Origin: Octopus vulgaris
Taxonomy: Eukaryota
DNA length: 64,000 nt
Assembly: GCA_951406725.2 (NCBI GenBank)
Contig: OX597833.1
Span: 64,108,001-64,172,000, forward strand
Reading direction: 5' to 3'
The position numbers were made by a program, and so were the translations under genes. Each line of letters begins with the position of its first letter. The first letter of the stretch is position 1. Below the pieces are notes generated by a model. That model had not been told where the DNA came from and did no database searches. It saw only the letters and a program-made list of their open reading frames with translations. Shown in pieces: positions 1 through 14,625 of this stretch.

Positions 1-173
1 TGATTAATTGATAGATAGATTAATATATAGATTCATAGATAGATAGACTGATTAATAGATAGATAAATAGATAGATAGACAGACAGACAGATGGACAGAT
101 AGATAGTTAGATAGATAGATAGATAGATTAATAGATAGATACTTACATAGATAGATTGATTGATAGATTGATT

Positions 174-232
<59 letters not shown>

Positions 233-277
233 TAATAGATAGATACTTACATAGATAGATTGGTTGATAGATTGATT

Positions 278-324
<47 letters not shown>

Positions 325-369
325 TAATAGATAGATACTTACATAGATAGATTGGTTGATAGATTGATT

Positions 370-400
<31 letters not shown>
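1..400. repeat. (GATA)n microsatellite with ~92-104 bp higher-order units
   Basis: GATA runs punctuated by recurring ATTAATAGATAGATACTTACATAGATAGATTG starting at 127, 231 and 323; the same unit resumes at 1857. Confidence 0.95.
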
Positions 401-401
<1 letters not shown>

Positions 402-472
402 TGTTTCTTTATTAGCCACACAGGGCTGCACACAGATAGAACAAATTACAAGGTAGAGCTTTTCTTTTGAAT

Positions 473-512
<40 letters not shown>

Positions 513-1842
513 GGGGGAGTTTCGATCAAAAGGGATCGTAAAAGGAGAGAAGGAGGACAAAAAAAAGGGGGTTAAAAAAAGGGGGAGAGGAAAAAAAAAA
601 AAAAAAAAAATTGATCAATAGGGATCGTTATCACAGAAATGTCAATATGAAGTGTAAAGGGGAGGACAGGTGAGGTTTACCCGTGGAAAGAAAAGCCTAC
701 GGAAAAGACCACGGTAACCTCGGTCAATGAAGTCACATTTTATATTTCTTTTTTTTTTTTTTTTTTTTTTTGCAAATAAGCAACTCTCTGTTTTCGATTT
801 CTGGGTTCATAGGACTATGCTCAAGGTGGCTTCGTCATTCATACGTGCCATTCTTGCTACATTCACCCATCTTTTTTTAAAACATTCGCTAGACAAAACT
901 TGCCTCTCTACTCTCACTTTCCTTTTCAAGTGGTACTTGAAGAAGTTGATGAGAGATTGACCAGAGAGGAAAGTGTTTGTCTCCAATCCTTTCAGACGCG
1001 TCCACCAGATACATTCTTTCGCCATAGCCACAAGGATGATGAAAATAGCTCTTCCTTCCCGTTTGAAGGAAGGAGGCGTGACAATATTGACGATAGACTC
1101 AGCTGATAAACCGACTCGTCCCACACGTGACAGCAGTTGTTCGACATAAGCCCACAGGTCGGAAATTGTTGGACACTGAACGAGTGCGTGCAGAACGGTT
1201 TCGTCGCTCTGACCGCATCTCGGGCAGGTCGGCCCCGTGTTTCTCGAGCCGTGTCTGTAGAGCTTATCCCGAACGGGTAGCGCTTCTCGGTAGCACTGCC
1301 AGGCCAGGGATCTCTGGAAGTTGTCCATGGGCCCTGGCCCGAAAGTCGTCCTGAACAGGCGGGTCAGGTACTCCTCGTCGACGTCCAGGTTCGCCCCGAG
1401 CTCGTCGTCGTACCTCCCCTCCACTAAACCCCTATAGAATGCTTTGGTTGTGTTGAAGTCACTTAAGGTCGACCCAGGACGGCAGAGTTGCTTGAGAGCA
1501 ACGCGACACTCGCGGTGCCATTCGCCCTTCCTCGGCCTCTTTTTGATCCACGACTGCAGTTCGGTCATGGAGACGAGCTGCGGGAAAGCGTGCCTCACAA
1601 ACGGTGACCACACCTGTTCACCGTCGTCTACATAGAGCCAGAGATGCCGCAGTCTCAGCGCGTGTCTGCGCATCATCAACCACGGCATGCCCAGCCCTCC
1701 TTTTAACGGGTGTTGACAGCAAATGGATCGCCTGACCATCGGGACGCATCCTTTCCACAAGAAGCGAAAGAGGATGCGTTGTAGTTTGGTGATGGTAGGG
1801 TCGGGACAAGGTACGACGGTCAGGCGGTAGTAGATGACGGAC
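401..1842 (-). mobile_element. Tx1/L1-clade non-LTR retrotransposon, 5'-truncated copy 1 (ORF2 C-terminus plus 3' UTR)
   Basis: Open frame 807-~1842 with post-RT LINE motifs (LFRFLWKG, KGGLG.P, LPVRDKLYRHG) and a zf-RVT knuckle CPRC..DETVLHALVQC; ~400 bp 3' UTR ending AATAAAGAAACA then (TATC)n; near-identical to 56603-57681. Confidence 0.9.
807..1842 (-). pseudogene. Uninterrupted C-terminal ~345 aa of LINE ORF2 (post-RT region and zinc knuckle); no true start, EN and RT core missing
   Basis: ORF track 807..1982; its first ~47 aa (YLSI repeats) are microsatellite read-through. Confidence 0.85.
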
Positions 1843-1903
1843 AGATAGATAGATAGATTAATAGATAGATACTTACATAGATAGATTGGTTGATAGATTG
1901 ATT

Positions 1904-1972
<69 letters not shown>

Positions 1973-2200
1973 ATAGATACATAGACAGACAGACCTATAG
2001 ACAGACAGATGGACAGATAGATAGTTAGATAGATAGAGAGATAGATTAATAGATATATACTTAGATAGATAGATAGATATAGATTGGTAGATAAATAGAT
2101 AGATAGACAGACCTATAGACAGACAGATGGACAGATAGATAAATAGATTAATAGATAGATACTTAGATAGATAGATTGATAAATAGATAGATTGATAGAT

Positions 2201-2248
<48 letters not shown>

Positions 2249-2375
2249 AGGGAAAGATAGATAGACAGACAGATAGACAGACCTACATATAGACAGACAG
2301 ACAGATAGATAGATACTTAGATAGATACTTAGATAAATAGACTGATAGATAGGTACTTAGAGAGATAGAGAGATA
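1843..2375. repeat. (GATA)n/(GACA)n compound microsatellite
   Basis: Directly visible. Confidence 0.95.
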
Positions 2376-2651
2376 GAAACATAAGCATGGATATGCCTAG
2401 AAAACGTTTGCTTATTTATCTCTGTCTGTATGCGTACGTTTTTATGGGAGGTAGAGCGTAGTTACATACGTATATACGCAATATTTAAGAGAGAGAATTT
2501 AGTGAAATTATGAATGTTTTGGAATTTCCCTTTAAGTTGTTTTCGCCATTCGTCTTTCATCTTTCCAGTGAAACAATTAACATGGCGTCTATTGTAATAA
2601 ATGTTGACAAACTAGTCTAAAACAGTCTCTTCACTGTTTATGTGATTGTGC

Positions 2652-2981
<330 letters not shown>

Positions 2982-3469
2982 TATTCGTTATTTCACTCTT
3001 TCCCTCACTCGTTCTCTCACTCTTTCGCTCTCTCCCTGTCTCTCTCCACCTCTTTCTCTCACTTAGTCTGTACACACACACACACACACACGCATATATA
3101 TATACATGTAAATGTGTGTGTGGGCTGTGTGTGTGAGCGTACGTATATATGCATTTACACATATATTTACATACGTACAAACACACACACGAATACATGC
3201 CTACACACATGTAAACTCTCACATACCGGCACATATATATCTTACATGTATGTATTTTATTATTTTCCTTGGCACAAATCACAAAGTGACTCAATAGCCA
3301 AGAGTCTCCTGCCTGACACTTTGATACATGTATTAACAAAACTCTTCGACCTTGAGTCACCTTGTGCTTTCTACTGATTAAAAATCATTAAATATGTATA
3401 GAGCCATACTTATATTTATTCTCCTAATGTATATATGTATGCATTATGCATGTGTATATATATATGTAA

Positions 3470-3732
3470 TGGAGGCGCAATGGCCCAGTGGTTAGGGCGG
3501 CGGACTCGCAGTCGTAGGATCGCGGTTTCGATTCCCAGACCGGGCCTTGTGAGTATTTATTGAGCGAAACCACCTAAAACTCCACGATGCCCCGGCAGTG
3601 GGTGTTGGCAAACATTATTGCACTCTTTCACCACATCTTTTTCTCACTCTTTCTTCCAGTTTCTTTTGTACCTGTATTTCAAAGGGCCAGTCTTGTCACA
3701 CTCTTGTGTCACGCTGTATTTCCCCGAGAACT
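3470..3732 (+). mobile_element. tRNA-derived SINE (family C, my label), 3' part lost or interrupted
   Basis: A box TGGCCCAGTGG, B box-like GGTTTCGATTCC; same head at 30197, 45952(-) and 62748. Confidence 0.85.
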
Positions 3733-3733
3733 A

Positions 3734-3823
3734 CCGATAAGTTACGGGGACGTAAACACACCAGGATCGGTTGTCAAGCGATGGTGGGGTGACAAACACA
3801 AACACACAAACGTATATACATAC

Positions 3824-3876
<53 letters not shown>

Positions 3877-3927
3877 TATACATATATATATATATATAAT
3901 ATATAATATATATATATTTATATATAT

Positions 3928-3962
<35 letters not shown>

Positions 3963-4122
3963 CGACGGGCTTCTTTTAGTTTCCGTCTACCAAATCCACT
4001 CACAAAGCTTTGGTCGGCTCGTGGCTATAGTAGAAGACACTTGCCCAAGGTGCCACGCAATGGGACTGAACACAGGGCCATGTGGTTGGTAAGCAAGCTA
4101 CTTACCACACAGCCACTCCTAC
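3734..4122 (-). mobile_element. tRNA-derived SINE (family B) with CORE-like GGCACCTTGGGCAAGTG and an internal (TA)n/(TG)n tract
   Basis: Homologous to the full copy at 54502-54997 and heads at 14067, 63088 and 63450(-). Confidence 0.88.
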
Positions 4123-4809
4123 ATATTACCTTCCTTATTATCTTTTTTAAAACAATTTAAAAGCAGCCACCTATTCTACGGAGAATTTGGCATATTTGTA
4201 CCCTAAATATTAATTGTGCAAAATATTCCAAACAAATGTAAAACGAAGATAGTCGATACGCAATTTTCAAAATATAATGTTTTGCCTCGCTAAAGAACAA
4301 AACTCTGTTTGCTGGAGTCACGATTCACAAAGAATATCGAAGCATCTCCATTTGCAAAGATAACAAGCAATATAGAGTATTTACTGCTTCAAACCTCTTC
4401 TCCACTAGCGCAACACATAATTTCCCCGTTGCCACATAGAAAAACACTACTTCGCTTTGTAAGTATATTTGGAAATAAAAAGATAAAGGGCAGGTCATAA
4501 GCAGAGTATGAAAGCCACTTATTCAACTTGTACTTATTCTGCTTGTTTTCAACCAGCTGATAATTATAAAGGAATGAAGTTGAAGCGCAGTGAAACTGTG
4601 GTACTAGGTTACAATAACTGGTTATTTCATATAAAGAAAGATTTATCAAACGGCACATAATTACAAGTTTGTAGTGAATATATTTTGGAGTACAACATAA
4701 GTATATCTTTGAATAAGCATGCAAACTTATACATACGTACGTATGTATTAGTGCGTGTATATGTATATAAGTGTCTATATAACAAAAAATATAGGTTGAT
4801 TTGAAAATA

Positions 4810-5375
<566 letters not shown>

Positions 5376-5852
5376 CCCACTTAATACATGCAAACATACA
5401 GACATATTCACACTGTGTTTGTTCGTATGTGTGCGTGATATATTGGTGCGTATAAGTATATCTGTAAGGTGTGAAAAAATTCGCAGGAGACACTCCTTTT
5501 CCGTGAGATGTGTGTAAAACGAAACGAAGAAGTGTGAAAAGGAAACCGAACAACAAAAGTAAAAAAATACCAACCATACTGTTAACAACAACAAGAATAA
5601 TATGAAAAAGGAACAGCAATGTGAGCAACAACAACAACAACATCAACGAAACAAACGAACAACGATAGCAACATTATAAACTATCTCCTTGTAACACCTG
5701 CTTTTTTTCGTTTTCCATTCAACATCGAAAATTGGAATAAATAAACAGCATATATTAAGCGAAGTGATCATGACTACACTCTCGCATAGATCAATATTAA
5801 AGTTAATATTATAGGAAGCCATTTTGTTTTTGTTTTATCATCGTTTTTATCA

Positions 5853-6008
5853 TCTTCTTCTTCTTCTTCTTCTTCTTCTTCTTCTTCTTCTTCTTCTTCT
5901 TCTTCTTCTTCTTCTTCTTCTTCTTCTTCTTCTTCTTCTTCTTCTTCTTCTTCTTCTTCTTCTTCTTCTTCTTCTTCTTCTTCTTCTTTCTTCTTCCTCT
6001 TCTTCTTC
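5853..6008. repeat. (CTT)n microsatellite
   Basis: About 45 near-perfect units. Confidence 0.97.
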
Positions 6009-6965
6009 AATATTTCGTCTTCTTTTTGTGTTTTACATTTTGATGCGAAGTGATTCCATTTTGTTTTAATGAAAAACGTGAGAATATATATATAAAAAAA
6101 AATATATATATAAAGGAGTTAGGAAAGAAAGGTATAATGAAAGACTACGGAAATTATTCCTCCATTTGTAACCTATATCTCTCAGTGACAAGGCGAAGCA
6201 AAGAACGGTAAAGAATAAAGAACGCAAGAAGACATTACAGTCAGCAGACATTAAGAAAACGCTGCGTCACTGCGTCAGCCATATTAGTTGTGAATGAACT
6301 CATCAAGTGATAAATACGTTGTTGCACTCTCTGTACAAGGTGATAGAAAAAATGAAGGACATAACAAAGAGATGGGGAGTTTGAGGGATAGAGAGTGAGA
6401 TGTTAAAGGTGAGATGGTGGATGAGAAAAAGGTGAGTGTTAAGCAAAGAGGCTGATAATGCAAGTCTGATTATGTTCGCATTTGACTGCGTGTATGTGTG
6501 TCTATGTGCAGTTTTATGTATGAGGCCGTGTATATGATTGGTTTGTATGAGTAATGCGATGGCCCTGTGTGTATGTTTCGCTTGTTTGTATATTTGTATA
6601 TGTACGAATATGGGCTGCATTTATGTTTCTCTATGGAGATGCGTGCGGCTTGAGAATGGACAGAAAATATGCATTACAATAAATGTTTTTTTTTTTTATT
6701 ATTATGAAGATGAATGTCTGCACATATAAAAACAAATAAATACGTGCACACAGTCACGCATACATACGTTTATACATATAACTAATAAATGTTTGTATGC
6801 ATTTCTTTATGAATATATATATATATGTAGTTATAGATATATATATATATATGTATATGTATATATCTATCTATATATATGCATATATATATATACATAT
6901 AGATATATAGATATATATATGCATAAATGTATATGTGTGTATATATGTGTATATATGTATATATG

Positions 6966-7004
<39 letters not shown>

Positions 7005-7014
7005 TTATGTGTGT

Positions 7015-7830
7015 CCATAGTGACAGCCACTGTTACTAGTTGTGCAGATGATACAAAATCATCAGAGGCAATAAAGAAACCAAGATCACATCGTAAGCTT
7101 ACAGAGGGACCTGCATTCGATATAGAAGTGGGCAGAAATAAACAACATGCAGATAACTATGTTGACTCTGTGGAGAAGCTTTGTTCTCAGCCGCCTGGAT
7201 TACTTCTCTAATTTATTGTCACCACATAGTGCCAAACTTACAGCGGAGCTTGAGGTAGTCCAACGTCACTACACTAAAAATATTGAAGCAGTGCAGTGGA
7301 AGAGCTACAGGATCGGCTGAGAAAACTGTAACTTTACTCCATGGAGCGAAGGCGTGAGAGATATTCAATAATCTATATATGTAAAACTCTAGAAAGGTTA
7401 ATATCTAATTTCGGATTTTGTGTGTTATACTAATGCTAGGACTGGCCGCCATTGTATTGTGCCAAAGGCACTACCCACTAAATCCAGGTCCAGGTACTGC
7501 AATAATCTAGGATTCAAAGGCCCACGGCTCTTCAATGCCCTGCCACAAAAATTAAGAAATCTGCATAATGTGGAAGTAGATGTCTTCAAAATGGGACTAC
7601 ACCTCCTGCTCTCCATAATAACCTATGAACCAACAGCCCGACATGAGGTGCTGACAAGGATAGCGGAATGTAACTCTCTTATACACCAAATGGGCCAACA
7701 GCTGGGACAGAGGCACAAAAAAGAATGGTGATGAGAAAGGCCCTAGACTGAAGAAATCAGAAGGACCACGGTGGTGTTCAAGTATGACATTAGCCGTATC
7801 AATGAAACGGGTAAAAAATTAAAGGTGTAA
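7015..7830 (+). mobile_element. Degenerate CR1-type LINE 3' fragment
   Basis: Frameshifted RT motifs: CADDTK (FADDTK-like), ERRRERY, GPRLFNALP; same motif order as the CR1 copy at 37878-38719. Confidence 0.8.
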
Positions 7831-7989
7831 AAGAGTATATACACATATATATAGGTATATAAAGAGTAGCATTTATTTCAAGGAGGTTATCTACATAAGA
7901 ACATGTACTTATCACATAAAGGGGAAACCCACGAGGTGGAGAGGAAGCGCTTAGGTTTGAAAAGTGTATTGAATTAGAGATAGATTTCT

Positions 7990-8400
<411 letters not shown>

Positions 8401-8785
8401 GTCCATATATAGCGTTGTCATTTATCTGTCTATTACTCTGTCTCTGTCTTTGTCTCTCTTTCACTCTCTCTTTCTCCTACTCTTTACACACATATAAAGG
8501 AAGATGGAAAATTTGGAAGGCAGAGACAGTTAAAATGATACACCTCACTCACACACACACACACAATCACACACACAAGCACACGCACACAGAGAATATG
8601 TGCGTGTATATGTGTGTGTGTGTGTGTGTGTTTTGAATTCGTCTCCCTCTCTCTGTCTCAGACTCTCCCCCTTTATTTGTATATACATAATTAGGAGTGC
8701 GAGAGAAAGATATATATATATATATATATATAACTATATATAGATAGATAGAGAAATATATACATAGATAGATAGATAGACAGAC

Positions 8786-8828
<43 letters not shown>

Positions 8829-9424
8829 CAGATAGATTGATAGAGAGGGAGAGAAAGAGAGAGAGAGGCGGAGAATGCCAGATGAAAATGAGAGAGAGAA
8901 CACATGGACAGATAGCAACTCCAAGAAAGATAATATAACGATAGCATTGAATACAGCGATAAATCGTCGCCAGTGGATTTGTGTGGTATGAAACACTATA
9001 TGAATGGTCTTTGGCTGTGGTTGAGTGGTTTTCATTCGCTACTTAAATAATTGATTTCTAACTGAGGCGCCAGTCCTCAGTGGTTTTTTTTTTTTTTATT
9101 GTGAGAAGCACTCAATCGATCATATCGACATTGAACGCTTTAAAATATCTTACCGACGTTCGATGAACGAATGTCAATGTAGCCTCCTGTAAGGCTTGAA
9201 CTTAAAAATGTTAAGAGATGTATTATTGTACAGTTTAGTACATAATAGCGGATAATCTGTCGGTCCTGACGATGAGGGGGTTAGTTGTTTGAAGGACGTA
9301 ATTCTTGGGCGGGTTGTGGCAGGTTGAAGTTTCCACCGTCAAATGTAGTTCACGCAGTTGTGGGTTAAACGGCGAAATAATTTGTATAACGTCCATCGAA
9401 TTGCGGGTACATTTCAAAATTGTA

Positions 9425-9540
9425 TTGGGTTGTCCGGAAAGTTCGTGCCGATTTTTAAAGGAAAGAAAAGGGTCAATAAATACTTGGCATTACATTTTTA
9501 ATCAACCAAATATGAACCATTTTGTTGCACAATACGTCTA
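9425..9540 (-). mobile_element. mariner 3' end fragment (TIR and last transposase codons)
   Basis: TA|TTGGGTTGTCCGGAAAGTTCGTGCCGATTT terminus; minus frame IVQQNGSYLVD* resembles a mariner C-terminus. Confidence 0.6.
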
Positions 9541-9569
9541 CTGTTTACTGTCTCGATATTTAGATGATT

Positions 9570-9988
9570 AAGGCGGCAAGCTGGCAGAACCGTTAGCACG
9601 CCGGGCGAAATGCGTAGCCGTATTTCGTCTGTCGTTACGTTCCGAGTTCAAATTCCGCCGAGGTCGACTTTGTCTTTCATCCTTTCGGGGTCGACAAATT
9701 AAGTACCAGTTACGCACTGAGGTCGATGTAATCGACTTAATCTCTTTGTCTGTCCTTGTTTGTCCCCTCTGTGTTTAGCCCCTTGTGGGTAGTAAAGAAA
9801 TAGGTATTTCATCTGTCTTTACGTTCAGAGTTCAAATTCCGCCGAGGTCGACTTTGCCTTTCATCCTTTCGGTGTCGATAAATAAAGTACCAGTTACGCA
9901 CTGGGGTCGATGTAATCGACTTAATCCCTTTGTCTGTCTTTGTTTGTCCCCTCTGTGTTTAGACCCTTGTGGGTAGTAAAGAAATAGG
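9570..9988 (+). mobile_element. SINE-A tandem dimer (full unit plus headless ~184-bp unit) within one 13-bp TSD
   Basis: A box-like AGCTGGCAGAA, B box GAGTTCAAATTCC; junction AAGAAATA|GGTATTTC at 9802/9803; TATTTAGATGATT at 9557-9569 and 9989-10001. Confidence 0.9.
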
Positions 9989-10021
9989 TATTTAGATGAT
10001 TGATAATTAAGATCGATTTAT

Positions 10022-10555
10022 AATGGCCATTGCTAGAAAGGGTATGGCCTGGTCAGTCTGTAATGACATGCATAAGATCTGGTCATCAAATCTAAGTGGA
10101 GACTTCAAACTTGAAATCTTCAAAGCCACAGTCGAACCAATTCTACTATATGGTTCAGAAACCTGGACGTTATCAAAGAAGCTTGAGAGGCGGTTGGATG
10201 GAACCTACACTCGCCTCCTTATGAGAGCTCAAAATCTCTTGTGGAAGCGCCATCTAACCAAAATGCAAATATATGGGAAACTACCACCTGTGTCATCTCT
10301 TGTGAAAGGTAAGAGAGTCCAGTTTGCTGGACATTGTTGTAGAGCTGAAAAAGAGGTAATTTCTCCTCTTCTCCTCTGGAAGCCATCTACTCGCAATACC
10401 AGAGGGCGCACACTCTCCTACTCTGATGTAATCTCCAGGGATACAGGCATCCAGCAACAGGACCTCCGTAATGCCATGATGGACCGTGAAGTCTGGCGTA
10501 ACATAGTAAATTCCATTGTCTCGACCACGGTCGAACAATGATGATGATGATGATG
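10022..10555 (+). mobile_element. RTE-clade LINE 3' fragment with open ORF2 C-terminus and (TGA)n tail
   Basis: ORF 10023..10541: KLEIFKATVEPILLYGSETWTL, QFAGHCCR, AMMDREVWR; stop followed by (TGA)n. Confidence 0.88.
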
Positions 10556-10559
10556 CTAT

Positions 10560-10700
10560 GGCCTTCTCCACACCGATTCTCAGACCAAGGTTTCCAGCAT
10601 TTTGTCCCAGTTCTAAGATGAACCGCTGTAGGTTTTTATATCATCTTCAACCAACGGGGGCCAAGCAGTATGTGTAGTATATATGAAACCCTATCTTTCC
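10560..10700 (-). mobile_element. Possible very old LINE RT remnant
   Basis: Minus frame LQRFILELGQNAGNLGLRIGVEK resembles the post-YADD 'LQ..L..L......GL.IN..K' motif; short and frameshifted. Confidence 0.3.
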
Positions 10701-11200
10701 ATTTAATGACAGAGCACCGATTACATTTCCAGTGGGTGTGCAAACGCGGTGATTAAATATCTCTCTCAAACATGTACTAACTTTGAACATTTGAGGTTCC
10801 TCTGCGTCTATCTTCTATATAGCTCTTGGCGCATATTTAAGTATAGCAATATATTATATTACACCAGTTGAGTTCTCTAAGGCTATATTTTCCCATTACC
10901 ATTATATCTAAAGATGCTGTGAACGTTATAATGGAAATCCAGCCATGCTTGCTTAGTTAATCCAACAAACTTGCCGTAAATCCTTACACCCCACAAAGGA
11001 ATTACGATTCGGATTTTGAAACGTTGCAGGTGAAATTTGAGTCCCTTCGCTTTTCCTTCAGCTGGGATATGTCAGGTTTCTCTTAAAATGAAGATTTTAG
11101 CCATGAGCGTTGGAAGGTTTTAAAACATTGACTGTTAATGTCGAAAATTTCGATATCTATTCGACAGAGAATACATACTGCACGCCTCCGATATTGATGC

Positions 11201-11570
11201 CGACCCCGAAAGGATGAAAGGCAAAGTCGACCTCGGCGGAATTTGAACTCAGAACGTAACGGCAGACGAAATACGGCTACGCATTTCGCCCAGCGTGCTA
11301 ACGTTTCTGCCAGCTCGCCGCCTTAAATATAGTATATATTTCTTTACTACCCACAAGGGGCTAAACACAAAGGGGACATACAAGGACAGACAAACGGATT
11401 AAGTCGATTACATCGACCCCAGTGCGTAACTGGTATCTATTTAATCGACCCCGAAAAGATGAAAGGCAAAGTCGACCTCGGCGGAATTTGAACTCAGAAC
11501 GTAACGGCAGACAAAATACAGCTACGCATTTCGCCCGGCGTGCTAACGTTTCTGCTAAGTTCGCCGCCTT
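11201..11570 (-). mobile_element. Two SINE-A copies in tandem (11338-11570 full, 11201-11325 3'-truncated)
   Basis: Reverse complement of the SINE-A consensus; short AT-rich spacer between copies. Confidence 0.88.
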
Positions 11571-11981
11571 TTCTTATACCTTCATATATCTACCCAGTAA
11601 ACTTCATATGGCTACCCATGTAAAATCCCACTTTATTATAACAATGGCTTTGTTTACCAGCACACTCAACACCACGGGTTTCATGGTGTGACAGAAGCAT
11701 TAGAATGACGAGAAAGCCAAAATCCTAACACTACGGTATTGAAGCAGGCTCTTTAAATATTGAATTCAAGTCCAGTCGAGGGTAACTTTTTATATCTTGT
11801 CCTTTAGGGTCGTTAAGACATAAAATAGAGTAGCAGTCTCAGTGCTGAAGACGATATAATCGAATAAAACAAATGGTGGCCATCTGACTAAATGAGAAAC
11901 AGTTGTTTTCGAGCACGGGCGTACAGAAGAGAATATCGATTTCAACGAAATTTGAACGCAGAACACGTGACTAAATATCTG

Positions 11982-12211
11982 TTTCTTTACTACCCACAAG
12001 GGGCTACACACAGAGGGAACAAACAAGGACAGACAAACGGATTAAGTCGATTACATCGGCCCCAGTGCGTAACTGGTACTTAATTTATCGACCCCGAAAG
12101 GATGAAAGGCAAAGTTGACCTCGGCGGAATTTTGAACTCAGAACATAATGGCCGAAGAAATATGGCTACGCATTTCGCCCGGCGTGCTAACGTTTCTGCC
12201 AGCTCGCCGCT
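11982..12211 (-). mobile_element. Full-length SINE-A
   Basis: Reverse complement of the SINE-A consensus. Confidence 0.9.
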
Positions 12212-12529
12212 TAAATTATCGTTTCTTAACTTACTGTCGTAAATAACGGGAAGTTATACGTAACGAAACAATATTGTCCCTTAAATATGCAAGCTTATAG
12301 TTAAAGGTGGAGAAACATAAAATAATAAGTGTGCTCAATCAAGCTTGATGTGAGTGTTAAACGACTTTAACAACAACGACAGCAATACAAAAGAAACATG
12401 TTTAAATTTACATGAAAAACAAGAACACTTACATACATGAAGACAGAATATTAATGATATACTTATTAAATATTTAAAGTTCTGTGTTAAGAGACCAAAA
12501 TAAGGAAAATACATACATACATATATATA

Positions 12530-12579
<50 letters not shown>

Positions 12580-12583
12580 AATA

Positions 12584-12666
<83 letters not shown>

Positions 12667-13213
12667 CTTGTCCTGACTGAGTAGAAATATATTTAAAATT
12701 CATGTACACGAAAAAATAAGAATTCGATTCTTCTTTAATATTTTACCGAAAAGAATAGAGTCGAACAGCAGACAATTCCACAATTCCATATTTTGAAGAA
12801 TACTAAATTCTATAAAAATAAAATCGATTACGTTTATTGAAATGTATGTTGCGTTAGGGGAATAATTGATCGGAAATTTAAAAACCTGACATGTTCAATG
12901 TTTTTTTTTTTTCAATATGAATAGAATATTTGTGTATACAGATGAATGTATGTAAACACTCACTTTTCTGCATACGTATAAAAATAATAGATAGACACTC
13001 GTATATATCTGCAAGCGTGTATATATAGATATATACTCAGTAAAAGAAGATACACTCATATACATACAAGCAACTCTAACACACATGCACAAGCACACAC
13101 TTCTACGTATACACGCGCATCTCTCTCCCTCTCTTTCTCTTTCTCTCTCTCTCTTTCTCTCTCACTCTTTCTCTCTCTTTCTATATATATATATATATGT
13201 GTGTGTTTGTGTG

Positions 13214-14040
<827 letters not shown>

Positions 14041-14066
14041 TTAAAAATATATATATACATATATAT

Positions 14067-14340
<274 letters not shown>

Positions 14341-14494
14341 TACGTATTTGTGTATCATATTAATGCACATATGAAAAGATGTATAGAGGTATGTAATTAT
14401 TATGTAATATTTGTGCATATTCTGTATATTATTCTTAAGCGTCTTATAAAATTATAACACTCCTTGAATTATGTTCCTTTCTTTTTTCATAAAC

Positions 14495-14625
14495 AGAACG
14501 GTAGCACGCCGGGCTATATGCTTGGTGGTATTTCGTCTGTCTTTATGTTCTGAGTTCAAATTCTGCCGAGGTCGACTTTGCCTTTCATCCTTTCGTGGTC
14601 GATTAAATAAGTACCAATTACGCAA
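14495..14625 (+). mobile_element. SINE-A fragment
   Basis: GAGTTCAAATTCTGCCGAGGTCGACTTTGCCTTTCATCC. Confidence 0.8.

Noticed and set aside
311-1935. ~90-bp target-site duplication around Tx1 copy 1
   Set aside because: The same unit also occurs at 127 and 231, so it is a pre-existing higher-order repeat; a TSD cannot be resolved inside GATA runs.
1843-1982. N-terminal extension and start codon of ORF 807..1982
   Set aside because: Lies in the flanking (TATC)n tract; the LINE is 5'-truncated at ~1842.
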